Below, in pieces: positions 37,106 to 46,506 of a DNA stretch of 64,000 bases (position 1 is the first letter of the stretch; each line of letters begins with the position of its first letter). Under the pieces are notes generated by a model. The model saw nothing but the letters and a program-made list of their open reading frames with translations. It was not told the DNA's origin and made no database searches. Source of the DNA: Alphaproteobacteria bacterium (lineage in GTDB: Bacteria; Pseudomonadota; Alphaproteobacteria; Rs-D84); contig JAFXVB010000026.1 in the NCBI GenBank assembly GCA_017534945.1, positions 1,034 to 65,033 on the forward strand. The letters run 5' to 3'. The position numbers and the translations under genes are program-made.

Positions 37106-38008
37106 ATGTATGACATTATAATTCTTGGTTCTGGACCTGCGGGATTAACCGCCGCAATATATGCTGCACGCGCAAATAAAAAAACATTGATTATTGCGGG
37201 CGACACACTTGGCGGACAAACGGCAGAAATTGCAAATCTGGAAAATTACCCGGCTTTTACTGGGTCTGGTATGGATTGGATTCAATCCACATTGAAACAA
37301 GCAACCGGTTTTGGTGCCGAAATTGTTTATGCTTCGGTCACAGAAATCAAGAATAATGAATCTGGTTTTTCTGTTGTATGCGATAATGGCAAATCTTTTG
37401 AAGCAACCGCCGTTATTATGGCAACCGGTGCACGTGCGCGGCGATTGGAAATTGATGGTGCAAAGGATTTGGTCGGCAACGGTGTATCATATTGCGCAAC
37501 ATGCGATGGATTTTTCTATTCTGGGAAAAAGGTTTTGGTTATTGGTGGCGGAAACAGTGCATTAAACGACGCATTATATTTGGCTGATTTGGCACGCGAA
37601 GTTCAAATAATATACCGCAAATCGTCATTTACACGTGCCGAAGCAATTATCCGCGATCGTGTTGCGCAACGCGAAAACATTAAACCAATATTCAATACAG
37701 AATTAAAATCGATTCGTAAAAAACCTGATTCAGCAACCGGCGAATTGATTGCAACAACAACCGATGGCACCGACATTGTATGTGATGGAATATTTGTCGC
37801 CATTGGACATGAAGCAAATACCGATTATTTGGACGAATCTGTTAAGCGCGACGATGTTGGACGCATTGTGGCGGACAATTTGCCGGCTGGATTATTTGTT
37901 GCAGGCGATGAAAAAAGTGGAATAAAGATGCAGGTTGCAACCGCGGTCGGTTCTGGATGCGGTGCCGCCATGGACGCAATAAGTTATGTAAATACCAAAG
38001 GAAAATAA
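37106..38008 (+). CDS. trxB: thioredoxin-disulfide reductase
   Basis: FAD motif IILGSGPAGLTAA, redox-active CATCDG, and NADPH motif GGGNSA. The start is moved to the ATG at 37106 behind AAGGA. Confidence 0.9.
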   Translation: MYDIIILGSGPAGLTAAIYAARANKKTLIIAGDTLGGQTAEIANLENYPAFTGSGMDWIQSTLKQATGFGAEIVYASVTEIKNNESGFSVVCDNGKSFEATAVIMATGARARRLEIDGAKDLVGNGVSYCATCDGFFYSGKKVLVIGGGNSALNDALYLADLAREVQIIYRKSSFTRAEAIIRDRVAQRENIKPIFNTELKSIRKKPDSATGELIATTTDGTDIVCDGIFVAIGHEANTDYLDESVKRDDVGRIVADNLPAGLFVAGDEKSGIKMQVATAVGSGCGAAMDAISYVNTKGK

Positions 38009-38009
38009 A

Positions 38010-39290
38010 ATGTTGGATATAAAATTTATTCGTGAAAATCCAGACATCGTGAAAAATGCATGTCGTGTTAAAAATTTTCCCGATGTGGTGGATGAATTAT
38101 TGTCTTTGGATGCGCGTGTTCGTGAATTAAAGACAACAACCCAAACCAAAACCGCTGAAAAAAACAAAATTTCACGCGAAATTCCAACTGCCACTGACAA
38201 GGCTCCATTGATTAAACGCAGCAAAGAAATCAGCGACGAAATCGCCGCAGACATGGCTGAACTGGCTTCTAGCGAAGAAAAATTAAAAGATTTAATGCAC
38301 CGCGTTCCACAAATCCCAAGTGCCGATGCACCAATTGGCCCAGACGAAGAATCTAATGTCGAAGTTCGTCGCAAAGGCTCTCCACGCAAATTTGATTTCA
38401 CACCACGCCCCCAATGGGACTTGTTGGATATGAACGGTTGGTGGTGCCCAGAAAAGATTGCAAATATTTGCGGAACACGCGTCTATGCATTGTGTGGTGA
38501 ATTGGCCGAATTGGAATTAGTCGTCCAAACATACGTCATACAAAAATTGATTAACAAAGGTTTTAAATATATCGATTGCACATCAATCACAAAACCACAA
38601 ACAATCTTTAACGCTGGACATTTTATGGGGTCTGATTTATCTGTAATGAACAATGATGTATTTATGTTGACCGACACCGACAGATGTTTGGCCGGCACAT
38701 CTGAAATAATCATGAATTCTTTGTATACGGATGAAATTCTGGGCGAAAGCGAATTACCAATCAAACTTGCTGGCTTTTCACCATGTTTTCGTAAAGAAGC
38801 CGGTGCGGCGGGTCGTGACACACGTGGATTGGTTCGTGTTCACCAATTCAAAAAGGTTGAACAATTTATTTTCTGCAAACCCGAAGACAGCGATAAAATG
38901 CACGAATTGCTGTTAAACAATTTATGCGAAATTATGGAAGATTTAGAATTACCATATCGCGTTATTGCAAATTCCACAGGTGATATGGGATTCAATAAAG
39001 TAAAAATGAACGATGTCGAAGCATGGATTCCGTCAGAGTCCGCATATCGCGAATTGGGGTCATGTTCATCAATTGGAACTTTCCAGGCACGCCGCACAAA
39101 CACGCGTTATCGCGAAAACGGCACAAATGAAGTTAAATTTGTTGCGACATTAAACAATACTGGAATTGCCCTGCCACGTGCATTGGTTCCAATTATCGAA
39201 AACCACCAAAACCCTGATGGTTCGGTCAATATTCCAAAAAAATTACAACCATTAATGGGCGGTCGTACTAAAATTGGTGGAAAACATTAA
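38010..39290 (+). CDS. serS: serine--tRNA ligase
   Basis: 426 aa with an N-terminal coiled-coil arm and class II motifs (FSPCFRKEAGAAGRDTRGLVRVHQFKKVE, NNTGIALPR). Confidence 0.95.
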   Translation: MLDIKFIRENPDIVKNACRVKNFPDVVDELLSLDARVRELKTTTQTKTAEKNKISREIPTATDKAPLIKRSKEISDEIAADMAELASSEEKLKDLMHRVPQIPSADAPIGPDEESNVEVRRKGSPRKFDFTPRPQWDLLDMNGWWCPEKIANICGTRVYALCGELAELELVVQTYVIQKLINKGFKYIDCTSITKPQTIFNAGHFMGSDLSVMNNDVFMLTDTDRCLAGTSEIIMNSLYTDEILGESELPIKLAGFSPCFRKEAGAAGRDTRGLVRVHQFKKVEQFIFCKPEDSDKMHELLLNNLCEIMEDLELPYRVIANSTGDMGFNKVKMNDVEAWIPSESAYRELGSCSSIGTFQARRTNTRYRENGTNEVKFVATLNNTGIALPRALVPIIENHQNPDGSVNIPKKLQPLMGGRTKIGGKH

Positions 39291-39364
39291 ATTTCAACCG
39301 CCCTATCGCGCCGTAGCATTGTTCGTAATCTTGAATCACATTTCACACTTAGCGGCGAAGGCGG

Positions 39365-39400
39365 ATGGGCGGCAGAACAAAGATTGGTGGAAAACACTAA
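39365..39400 (+). other. displaced second copy of the last 12 codons of serS (synonymous variant)
   Basis: ATGGGCGGCAGAACAAAGATTGGTGGAAAACACTAA compared with serS 39255-39290 ATGGGCGGTCGTACTAAAATTGGTGGAAAACATTAA. Both encode MGGRTKIGGKH*. An in-frame TAG lies 12 nt upstream of the copy. Confidence 0.85.
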
Positions 39401-39404
39401 AAAT

Positions 39405-39432
39405 AAAAAACTCCCATTTGGGAGTTTTTTTT
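39405..39432. terminator. bidirectional rho-independent terminator (serS side and the 39431-39787 gene)
   Basis: AAAAAA-CTCCC-attt-GGGAG-TTTTTTTT. Confidence 0.75.
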
Positions 39433-39787
39433 ATTTCTGGTTATCTCTAAATAATCTTGAAAGCAATTCTTTTAATGTTGGTTTTGGATTCACTATATCT
39501 TTCCAATCTTTCAACGCCTTTTCCAAATGTTCATCTTTAAAATTATATTTTTCAAAATATTTTTCATAATAGACAACTCTATGATATGCCTCTAAAAATG
39601 CAAAATATGCTTTATAATTTTTTTCAGCCCCACAAAACCAATCAGGGTGCCCTGACATTATTTCTAATCCGGCCGGTATATTGATTGTAATATCAGGTTT
39701 TGTTCCTTTTACTTTTTCTATGAATCTTAATGCGCTATCATACAAATCTTTTTTTAAAAAAATATTATAACTTGTTTTCATATCCAC
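39431..39787 (-). CDS. hypothetical protein (Lys/Tyr/Phe-rich), no recognised domain
   Basis: 118 aa with AAAGGGGTGG upstream of the ATG. It is the second gene of a two-gene unit. Confidence 0.5.
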   Translation of the reverse strand: MDMKTSYNIFLKKDLYDSALRFIEKVKGTKPDITINIPAGLEIMSGHPDWFCGAEKNYKAYFAFLEAYHRVVYYEKYFEKYNFKDEHLEKALKDWKDIVNPKPTLKELLSRLFRDNQK

Positions 39788-39804
39788 CCCTTTTATTACC
39801 AGCT

Positions 39805-40377
39805 TTACTTATATTGTTGACGTGTATATTTATCACTAAATATTTTTATCAAATTTCGTTTTAATGCATTACGTTCATTTACAACGCGCGCCCACTTTGC
39901 AATTTTTTGTGCATATGATTTAATAAAATCTTTATCAACATGTGTGCTATACACGTCTGCATAATAAAAATTCTGTACACGATTACAGAACTTCCAAAAC
40001 TCATTATCTTGGAACAATGATTGTGTTTTATGATACACAATTGTATATGGTTGGTCCACTCTACTACCCTTAACCACACCAGCAACATAATCAACACCAT
40101 ATTCCAAAATATTTTTCTTTATTTTTGGACTTTGTTCCATATATACAAAAGCACGTTTATTCCATTCTGCATTTGTATATTTTGGATCAAAATATTTATC
40201 TGGATTTTCGGCAATATCACCCAAAACAACCAACGCACGCGCATATCTCCATGTTCTGCCATATTTTGCGTCTGTCTTGAAATGCTTTTTCATATCAGCA
40301 CGCACAATAGAATATATATCGGCAAAACACTGTTTAATAATTGCCTTCATATTTTGATTTTCCAAATTATCCTGCAT
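39805..40377 (-). CDS. hypothetical protein, no recognised domain
   Basis: 190 aa with the SD AGGGGG 6-7 nt before the ATG and its own near-consensus promoter. Confidence 0.5.
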   Translation of the reverse strand: MQDNLENQNMKAIIKQCFADIYSIVRADMKKHFKTDAKYGRTWRYARALVVLGDIAENPDKYFDPKYTNAEWNKRAFVYMEQSPKIKKNILEYGVDYVAGVVKGSRVDQPYTIVYHKTQSLFQDNEFWKFCNRVQNFYYADVYSTHVDKDFIKSYAQKIAKWARVVNERNALKRNLIKIFSDKYTRQQYK

Positions 40378-40409
40378 TTCAACCCCCTATTATTGGTCTT
40401 AACAAAGTT

Positions 40410-40437
40410 AATATAGACAAATTTATTAAAATGTCAA
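40410..40437 (-). promoter_or_regulatory. predicted promoter of the 39805-40377 / 39431-39787 unit
   Basis: The minus strand reads TTGACA - 16 nt - TATATT. Confidence 0.5.
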
Positions 40438-40445
40438 GATTTATA

Positions 40446-40502
40446 TTGACAACCATTATATTTTACATATAATTTGTTGAAATTGCAAAAATATAGTATA
40501 AT
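40446..40502 (+). promoter_or_regulatory. tandem predicted promoters of typA
   Basis: TTGACA (40446) - 16 nt - TATAAT (40468), immediately followed by TTGTTG (40474) - 17 nt - TATAAT (40497). Confidence 0.5.
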
Positions 40503-40538
40503 CTATACACTTATTACGCAAAAATGGGGATAAAAGTT

Positions 40539-42386
40539 ATGAAAATTCGCAACATTGCAATTATTGCACACGTGGACCATGGGAAAACAACCCTGGTTGA
40601 TAACATGTTGAAACAAGCCGGAACTTTCCGCGCAAATGAAAAAGTCGAAGACCGCGTCATGGACAGTGGCGATATTGAACGCGAACGTGGTATTACCATT
40701 TCTGCAAAACCAACATCAATCCAATGGGGCGAATATAAAATCAATATTGTGGACACCCCGGGACACGCGGACTTTGGTGGCGAAGTTGAACGCATTTTAT
40801 CCATGGTTGACGGCGTGGTATTGCTGGTCGACAGTGCCGAAGGCCCCCTTCCCCAAACAAAATTCGTATTATCCAAGGCATTAAAACTGGGGCTGCGTCC
40901 TATTGTTTGCATCAATAAAATTGACCGCGGTGACGCCCGTCCCGAAGAAGTTTTAACCGAAACATTTGATTTATTTGATAAATTGGGTGCGGACGACGCA
41001 CAACTGGACTTTCCATATTTGTATGCGGTTGGTCGTGATGGTTGGGCTGTACGCGATTTAAAAGATATTGATAACCCAAACAAAGACCTTAAACCTTTAT
41101 TTCAATTGATTGTCGACCATGTTCCAGCACCAGATTGTAATGGTACACGTTGTCAAATTGATGCGCCGTTTACAATGCTTGCCACAACATTAGAGGCCGA
41201 CCCATATGTTGGTCGAATCTTGACGGGCAAAATTGAATCTGGGACTGTCAAAGTTGGTCAAACGGTAAAGGCCATAAATATGGCAGGCGAATTGATTGAA
41301 ACCGCAAAAATCACAAAAATTATTGAACACGCTGGCGTAAACAAAGTTTCACGCGATTCTGCATCCGCGGGCGACATTGTGGTTTTGGCCGGATTTACAC
41401 GTGCAACTGTGGCGGACACATTATGTGACCCGTCTGTCACAACACCAATCCCGGCAATTCCAATTGACCCACCAACGCTCACTATGACTTTCTTTGTGAA
41501 CACATCACCATTGGCGGGAAAATCTGGTAAAAAGTTGACTTCTCGTATGATTGGCGAAAGATTATTCAGAGAGGCCGAAACAAACATCGCATTGCGTGTC
41601 ACACAAAGCGCGAACAATGAATCTTTTGAAGTTTCTGGTCGTGGCGAATTACAATTGGGTATTTTAATTGAAACAATGCGTCGTGAAGGATTTGAATTAA
41701 GTGTCAGCCGTCCACGCGTTATTATGCACACCGGCGACAATGGTGAAAAATTAGAACCAATCGAAGAAGTTGTTATCGATGTTGATGATGAATTCAGCGG
41801 TGTTGTTATTGAAAAAATGACAAAGCGCAAAGCAACAATTACCGAAATGAAACCTTCTGGCATCGGCAAAACGCGTATTGTATTTTCTGCACCATCACGC
41901 GGCTTGATTGGTTATTTGTCGGAATTCCGCACAGATACGCGTGGCACCGGTATTATGAACCGCGTATTTGATAAATATGATGAATACCGCGGCCCAATTA
42001 CTCAATATCGCCCGGGGGTTTTGGTTTCAATGGAAGCGGGTCAAACAACAACATACGCCCTGCATAACTTGGAACCACGCGGTGTCTTGTTTGTCGGCCC
42101 CCAGGTCGAAGTGTACAGCGGCATGATTGTTGGTGAACACAGCAAAGAAAACGATATAGAGGTTAATCCAGTAAAAGGGAAACAATTAACCAATGTGCGT
42201 TCTGTCACCGCCGATGAAAAATTATTCTTGGCACCACCACGCAAAATTTCATTAGAAGAAGCATTGTCTTATATCCAAGACGATGAATTGGTAGAAGTGA
42301 CCCCGGCAACAATTCGTTTGCGCAAAAAAGAATTAGACAGCGGGAAACGCAAAAAAGCATATCGCTTTGCCGAAACCAACGATTAA
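40539..42386 (+). CDS. typA: translational GTPase TypA/BipA
   Basis: G-domain motifs AHVDHGKTT, DTPGHADF and NKID, with EF-G-like domains II, III and V and a BipA-specific C-terminus. I prefer the ATG at 40539 (MKIRNIAII) behind GGGGA over 40524. Confidence 0.95.
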   Translation: MKIRNIAIIAHVDHGKTTLVDNMLKQAGTFRANEKVEDRVMDSGDIERERGITISAKPTSIQWGEYKINIVDTPGHADFGGEVERILSMVDGVVLLVDSAEGPLPQTKFVLSKALKLGLRPIVCINKIDRGDARPEEVLTETFDLFDKLGADDAQLDFPYLYAVGRDGWAVRDLKDIDNPNKDLKPLFQLIVDHVPAPDCNGTRCQIDAPFTMLATTLEADPYVGRILTGKIESGTVKVGQTVKAINMAGELIETAKITKIIEHAGVNKVSRDSASAGDIVVLAGFTRATVADTLCDPSVTTPIPAIPIDPPTLTMTFFVNTSPLAGKSGKKLTSRMIGERLFREAETNIALRVTQSANNESFEVSGRGELQLGILIETMRREGFELSVSRPRVIMHTGDNGEKLEPIEEVVIDVDDEFSGVVIEKMTKRKATITEMKPSGIGKTRIVFSAPSRGLIGYLSEFRTDTRGTGIMNRVFDKYDEYRGPITQYRPGVLVSMEAGQTTTYALHNLEPRGVLFVGPQVEVYSGMIVGEHSKENDIEVNPVKGKQLTNVRSVTADEKLFLAPPRKISLEEALSYIQDDELVEVTPATIRLRKKELDSGKRKKAYRFAETND

Positions 42387-42407
42387 AAAATGCCAGATTC
42401 AATGCAT

Positions 42408-42437
42408 AAAGCGCCGTTTTTTTACGGCGCTTTTTTT
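42408..42437. terminator. bidirectional rho-independent terminator between typA and the GT61 gene
   Basis: AAAGCGCCGT-tttttt-ACGGCGCTTT followed by TTTT. Confidence 0.75.
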
Positions 42438-42438
42438 A

Positions 42439-43641
42439 TTATCCTTCATACTTTAATTTTCGTTTTAACCACCGGCGATATTGCCCTCTTCTTTCACGTC
42501 CTGGAATCACACAAGACGAATAATGAATAATAAAATGTTTTATGTTATTCAACGTCACACTGCCGTACTTTTTATTATATTCACCCATCGCAGATTCATA
42601 TTCAGCCAAATCTTTTTTATCCGGCACAGTGTCGCGTTCTGTATATTTAAATCCGTATACTGCAAAGAAATCCCGCATATGTTCGTTTACACCGATAATC
42701 TGTGGCACACTTGAACAATGGTCGGTTGGCTTTGGTTCCACAGAACCCGATATAAATATTCCATTTAACCCCTTGGTATCATTAATCAGGTTTTGAATAT
42801 CCGCATTACATTTAGGCTCACGATTTCGTTTAATTTGAATAACTGTGCCACCGCGTTTCATAAACAAAGCCAAGTGCAATGCGGTTCCCGCACATCCCGC
42901 CAATACTTTACAATTTTTCACCAAACCAATTTGTTCGGTCAAAGGCAATGTTTCCGGACAAATAATTTTATATCCATTTTTTTCAAAAATCTTTTGCACT
43001 TTTTCCTCGCCATATGTGCGCCGTTCATGCATTGCGGTTCGCGACACATATATTTTATCATATAACTTTTTTGGATTTTTTACCGACTTGGCAATTGCGT
43101 CATATGTTTTACCAAAAGCCACAGACGAATACACCGGTATATTAAACGCCTGGTCTGGGACATAGACATTACGAAACCTTGTTGTTTCGTTTAAAATCAA
43201 AATATTATCACGCGCAACACCTAATAATTCCAACAATTCAAACATATATTTCGGCACAGGATTTATATCTTTATTATTTATCAAAACAACCTTCATATTT
43301 TTGTATTTTTTATCCAATAACGCATATGCACGATTCATATGTTCTAACAAAAAATGTCCAAATTGTGGAAATACATTACCAACAAAAACCACATCTGCAT
43401 CAACATAAGGAATATTTTTATGATTAAATTTTGGTATAAATTGCCCATTATTTTTGCGAACCTGGCGCGAAGATTTTACAAATTTGAAACGATCATCAAA
43501 CACACCAAAACCATGTTGATGTTCGTTCACAACGATTCCGCGCGGATATTTTTGAATATTCACATTACGCATATACTGATGCGATACAGATTTTTCAAAA
43601 TATTTTTCAAAATCATTATCTGCAAATAATTTATACCACAT
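42439..43641 (-). CDS. glycosyltransferase family 61 (DUF563) protein
   Basis: 400 aa. FGHFLLEHMNRAY and YVSRTAMHERRTYGEEKVQKIFEKNGYKIICPETLPLTEQIGLVKNCKVLAGCAGTALHLALF match the GT61/DUF563 pattern. Confidence 0.65.
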   Translation of the reverse strand: MWYKLFADNDFEKYFEKSVSHQYMRNVNIQKYPRGIVVNEHQHGFGVFDDRFKFVKSSRQVRKNNGQFIPKFNHKNIPYVDADVVFVGNVFPQFGHFLLEHMNRAYALLDKKYKNMKVVLINNKDINPVPKYMFELLELLGVARDNILILNETTRFRNVYVPDQAFNIPVYSSVAFGKTYDAIAKSVKNPKKLYDKIYVSRTAMHERRTYGEEKVQKIFEKNGYKIICPETLPLTEQIGLVKNCKVLAGCAGTALHLALFMKRGGTVIQIKRNREPKCNADIQNLINDTKGLNGIFISGSVEPKPTDHCSSVPQIIGVNEHMRDFFAVYGFKYTERDTVPDKKDLAEYESAMGEYNKKYGSVTLNNIKHFIIHYSSCVIPGRERRGQYRRWLKRKLKYEG

Positions 43642-43705
43642 AAAAAAATCCTTATTGTTGAAAACATCTTATAAACATTGTATATTATAAGCAAACAAGG
43701 AAACA

Positions 43706-44557
43706 ATGTCCAACACTAAACGACTTTTTTTATTTGCAGGATACGACAAAAACGGCGTCATTGATGATGCATTGGTTTTTTATATACGCGAATTATCCAA
43801 ATGCGGCGATGTTATTTTATGTATGGATTCAAAATGTCCAAAGCCTGAACTGGACAAGGTAAAAAAACACACCATTGCGCGTATGTCTGTTCGCCATGGC
43901 GAATATGATTTTGGTTCATATAAACGCGCATATGAATATGCAAAAAAGCATAATATATTGGATAACTATGATTTTGTATATGTCGTGAACGATTCGGTAT
44001 ATGGCCCATTACATAAATTAAAACCGATACTGGAAATAATGGAATCGTATAACACTGATGCATTTGGTATGACCGAAAGCAAACACACCAAATACCGCCA
44101 TATACAATCTTGGTTTATGGGCATGCGTAAATCTGTATTCAAAAATGATTGGTTTGATAAATTTATCATGGGGGTTGAAAAACAACCACATAAATATTTG
44201 GTGACTGTGTTATATGAAAACAAATTCACAGATTTATTAGAAGAAAATGGTGGCACGTGGCGTTGTCCTTTTATTTGTCCCGGGCGCAGTGTTTATAACA
44301 ACCCCAGACGGCTATTTCGCCAAGGTTGTCCATTTATAAAAAAAATATCATTTACACGACATAATGGTGCGGTTGGACATCAACTGTATTATGTACTAAA
44401 ACATTGTGATAAAAGCGCGGCAAAACACATAATAAATGGCGCAAATCATGCATATACACAAAAATATATATCATGGCTATTGACACCAAACCCATTTGCA
44501 TACTTTACCCGCGGAATAAAATACGCAATCCAAAAAATCAAAGGAATAAACAAATGA
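43706..44557 (+). CDS. rhamnan-synthesis protein F (RgpF, COG3754)-like polysaccharide biosynthesis protein
   Basis: 283 aa. VVNDSVYGPLHKLKPILEIMES..DAFGMTES...HIQSWFMGMRKSVF matches the RgpF-family core. Confidence 0.6.
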   Translation: MSNTKRLFLFAGYDKNGVIDDALVFYIRELSKCGDVILCMDSKCPKPELDKVKKHTIARMSVRHGEYDFGSYKRAYEYAKKHNILDNYDFVYVVNDSVYGPLHKLKPILEIMESYNTDAFGMTESKHTKYRHIQSWFMGMRKSVFKNDWFDKFIMGVEKQPHKYLVTVLYENKFTDLLEENGGTWRCPFICPGRSVYNNPRRLFRQGCPFIKKISFTRHNGAVGHQLYYVLKHCDKSAAKHIINGANHAYTQKYISWLLTPNPFAYFTRGIKYAIQKIKGINK

Positions 44558-45390
44558 AAAAATTGAAAAAAATTGCCGCAATTACTATGGCACGTGATGA
44601 CGAATTTTTCTTGTCCCGTTGGATTGCATATTATGGAAAACAATTCGGCACTGAAAATTTATATATATTACTGGACGGCACCGACCAAAAGATACCTGTG
44701 AACGCGGGCAAAGCAAATATAACAAAATTACCACATAAAAACCTATCGCGTGCGGCGGGCGACAAATACAGAATTGGCGAACTATCAAAATTATGCACAA
44801 AATTATTAAAAAAATACGATATCGTAATCGGTTGCGACAGTGACGAATTTTTAATCGTTGACCCAAATACAAAACAAACATTACGCGAATATTTATCCAA
44901 TAAAAAAATCAAAACATCATTATCCGGGCTTGGGTTGGATATTGGTCAAAACATGAATTGCGAATTAGAATTGGACCGCAACGCACCATTTTTAGAACAA
45001 CGGGAATATGCACTGTTATCCACGCGTTACACAAAACCAGTGGTAAAAACAACACCCACCCCATGGGGCAGTGGTTTCCACAGTATCCGTCATCATAATT
45101 TTCATATTGATAAAAATTTATATTTATTACACTTTGGCGCAATTGATTTAAAAATGTTGGAACAAAAGGCCGCCGCCCGTGGTACAGATTGGTTAAACCA
45201 CCTGAATCGTCGTGGAAATGGCACAATAAATGCCACAACAAATCTAACACCACATGGCGAAAAATGGTTACGAATTGCACGTATAATGCAAACATACATG
45301 CGCCCAATATATGCATTACGCAAACCTGCAATGTTGGGAATAAAACGCGTTGTTAAAATTCCAAATAGATTCAAGAAATCAGGGATTTAA
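44554..45390 (+). CDS. GT2-like (DxD-type) glycosyltransferase
   Basis: The internal ATG at 44554 overlaps the upstream stop (ATGA). The sequence reads MKKLKKIAAITMARDDEFFLSRWIAYYGKQFGTENLYILLDGTDQ...GCDSDEF. Confidence 0.5.
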   Translation: MKKLKKIAAITMARDDEFFLSRWIAYYGKQFGTENLYILLDGTDQKIPVNAGKANITKLPHKNLSRAAGDKYRIGELSKLCTKLLKKYDIVIGCDSDEFLIVDPNTKQTLREYLSNKKIKTSLSGLGLDIGQNMNCELELDRNAPFLEQREYALLSTRYTKPVVKTTPTPWGSGFHSIRHHNFHIDKNLYLLHFGAIDLKMLEQKAAARGTDWLNHLNRRGNGTINATTNLTPHGEKWLRIARIMQTYMRPIYALRKPAMLGIKRVVKIPNRFKKSGI

Positions 45391-46501
45391 TCTGGCGACA
45401 TACTGTCTTGTAATCAAACCGTTTTAATTCGCGCGTTGATAAAAGTATCATTTGTTTTATATCCACTTTTTTATCATAAACATCCGCCATACATTGTGCC
45501 AATTGTTGTGCATTTCCCGGCATAAACAATAATCCACCACGACCCGACATCAAAATTTCATGTGGCCCATATTTACAATCCGCAGATATATTCAAAGCGC
45601 CCACCACTTGGGATTCAATTAAAACAGTTGGCAAACCTTCGCCATAACTGGATAAAACATTTGCAATCGCACACCGCATAAACACGAACGGATTTTTTTG
45701 TGCGCCCACAAAAGAAATATTTTTATACGATTTTAAATCACTTGCGTACTGTTTAAAAACATCCAATTTATCACCACCACCCACAATAACCAATTTTACT
45801 TTTTTATGTGTATGCCAAAACAAATCAAATGCATTCAAAAGTGTCCTTATATCTTTATCATATGACATCCGCGACACACAGCAAAAATATTCACCACGCA
45901 ACGGGCATTTTTCACTTGATTTGATTTTAATAGCTTCAATATCAATCGGGTTATAAACACGTATAAATTTATCACGACATTGCGGGTATATCTGTCTTAA
46001 ATCATTTGCGCAATCATCGGTCAACACAACGACATTATCATAATCATCCAAATTTTTGGCAAATTTACGCCGAACAAAAACATTTAACGAAGAATGAAAC
46101 CAAGCAATTTTTTTTGCGCCCCGCACTTTCTTAAATTCTTTTGCAAAACCAAAATCATGATAATCAATCAAAGTATCAAACCCAGATAATTTGTGTGAAA
46201 CAGATGTTATACGCAATACAAATCGATAAACATCACGACACAAATGTTTTATAACACGCCAAAGGAAAAATCGTGGCATACGCGTTCCAAAATATTTTGA
46301 CGAATACAAAACAATTCTTTTTACCGATGGATGTTTCGTAAACCAATCAACAAATGCAGGTTCACAAATATCGACAAAACTGACCACAGATATATCTAAA
46401 TTTTTATCCAAAACCAAATTATCCAATGTGCGAATCAATACAGATTCAACACCGCCCAATTGCATATCTCGCAAACAAAAAGCCACTTTGATTTTTTTCA
46501 T
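45371..46501 (-). CDS. GT4 (GT-B fold) glycosyltransferase
   Basis: 376 aa. The C-terminal half has VGGGDK...SSYGEGLPTVLIESQVVG (E-x7-E motif). Confidence 0.8.
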   Translation of the reverse strand: MKKIKVAFCLRDMQLGGVESVLIRTLDNLVLDKNLDISVVSFVDICEPAFVDWFTKHPSVKRIVLYSSKYFGTRMPRFFLWRVIKHLCRDVYRFVLRITSVSHKLSGFDTLIDYHDFGFAKEFKKVRGAKKIAWFHSSLNVFVRRKFAKNLDDYDNVVVLTDDCANDLRQIYPQCRDKFIRVYNPIDIEAIKIKSSEKCPLRGEYFCCVSRMSYDKDIRTLLNAFDLFWHTHKKVKLVIVGGGDKLDVFKQYASDLKSYKNISFVGAQKNPFVFMRCAIANVLSSYGEGLPTVLIESQVVGALNISADCKYGPHEILMSGRGGLLFMPGNAQQLAQCMADVYDKKVDIKQMILLSTRELKRFDYKTVCRQIKSLIS

Positions 46502-46506
46502 AACTA

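Noticed and set aside
37892-38401. 169-aa minus-strand ORF
   Set aside because: It is antisense to the trxB-serS junction, with no SD and no motifs. It is a shadow ORF.
39291-39364. The 74-bp segment between the serS end copies as an integron attC site
   Set aside because: The ends do not match RYYYAAC / GTTRRRY core sites, and there is no integrase nearby.
40514-41869. Minus-strand ORFs of 189 aa (40514-41083) and 203 aa (41258-41869)
   Set aside because: Both are antisense to typA, which has clear GTPase motifs. These are shadow ORFs with Ser/Pro-rich junk composition.
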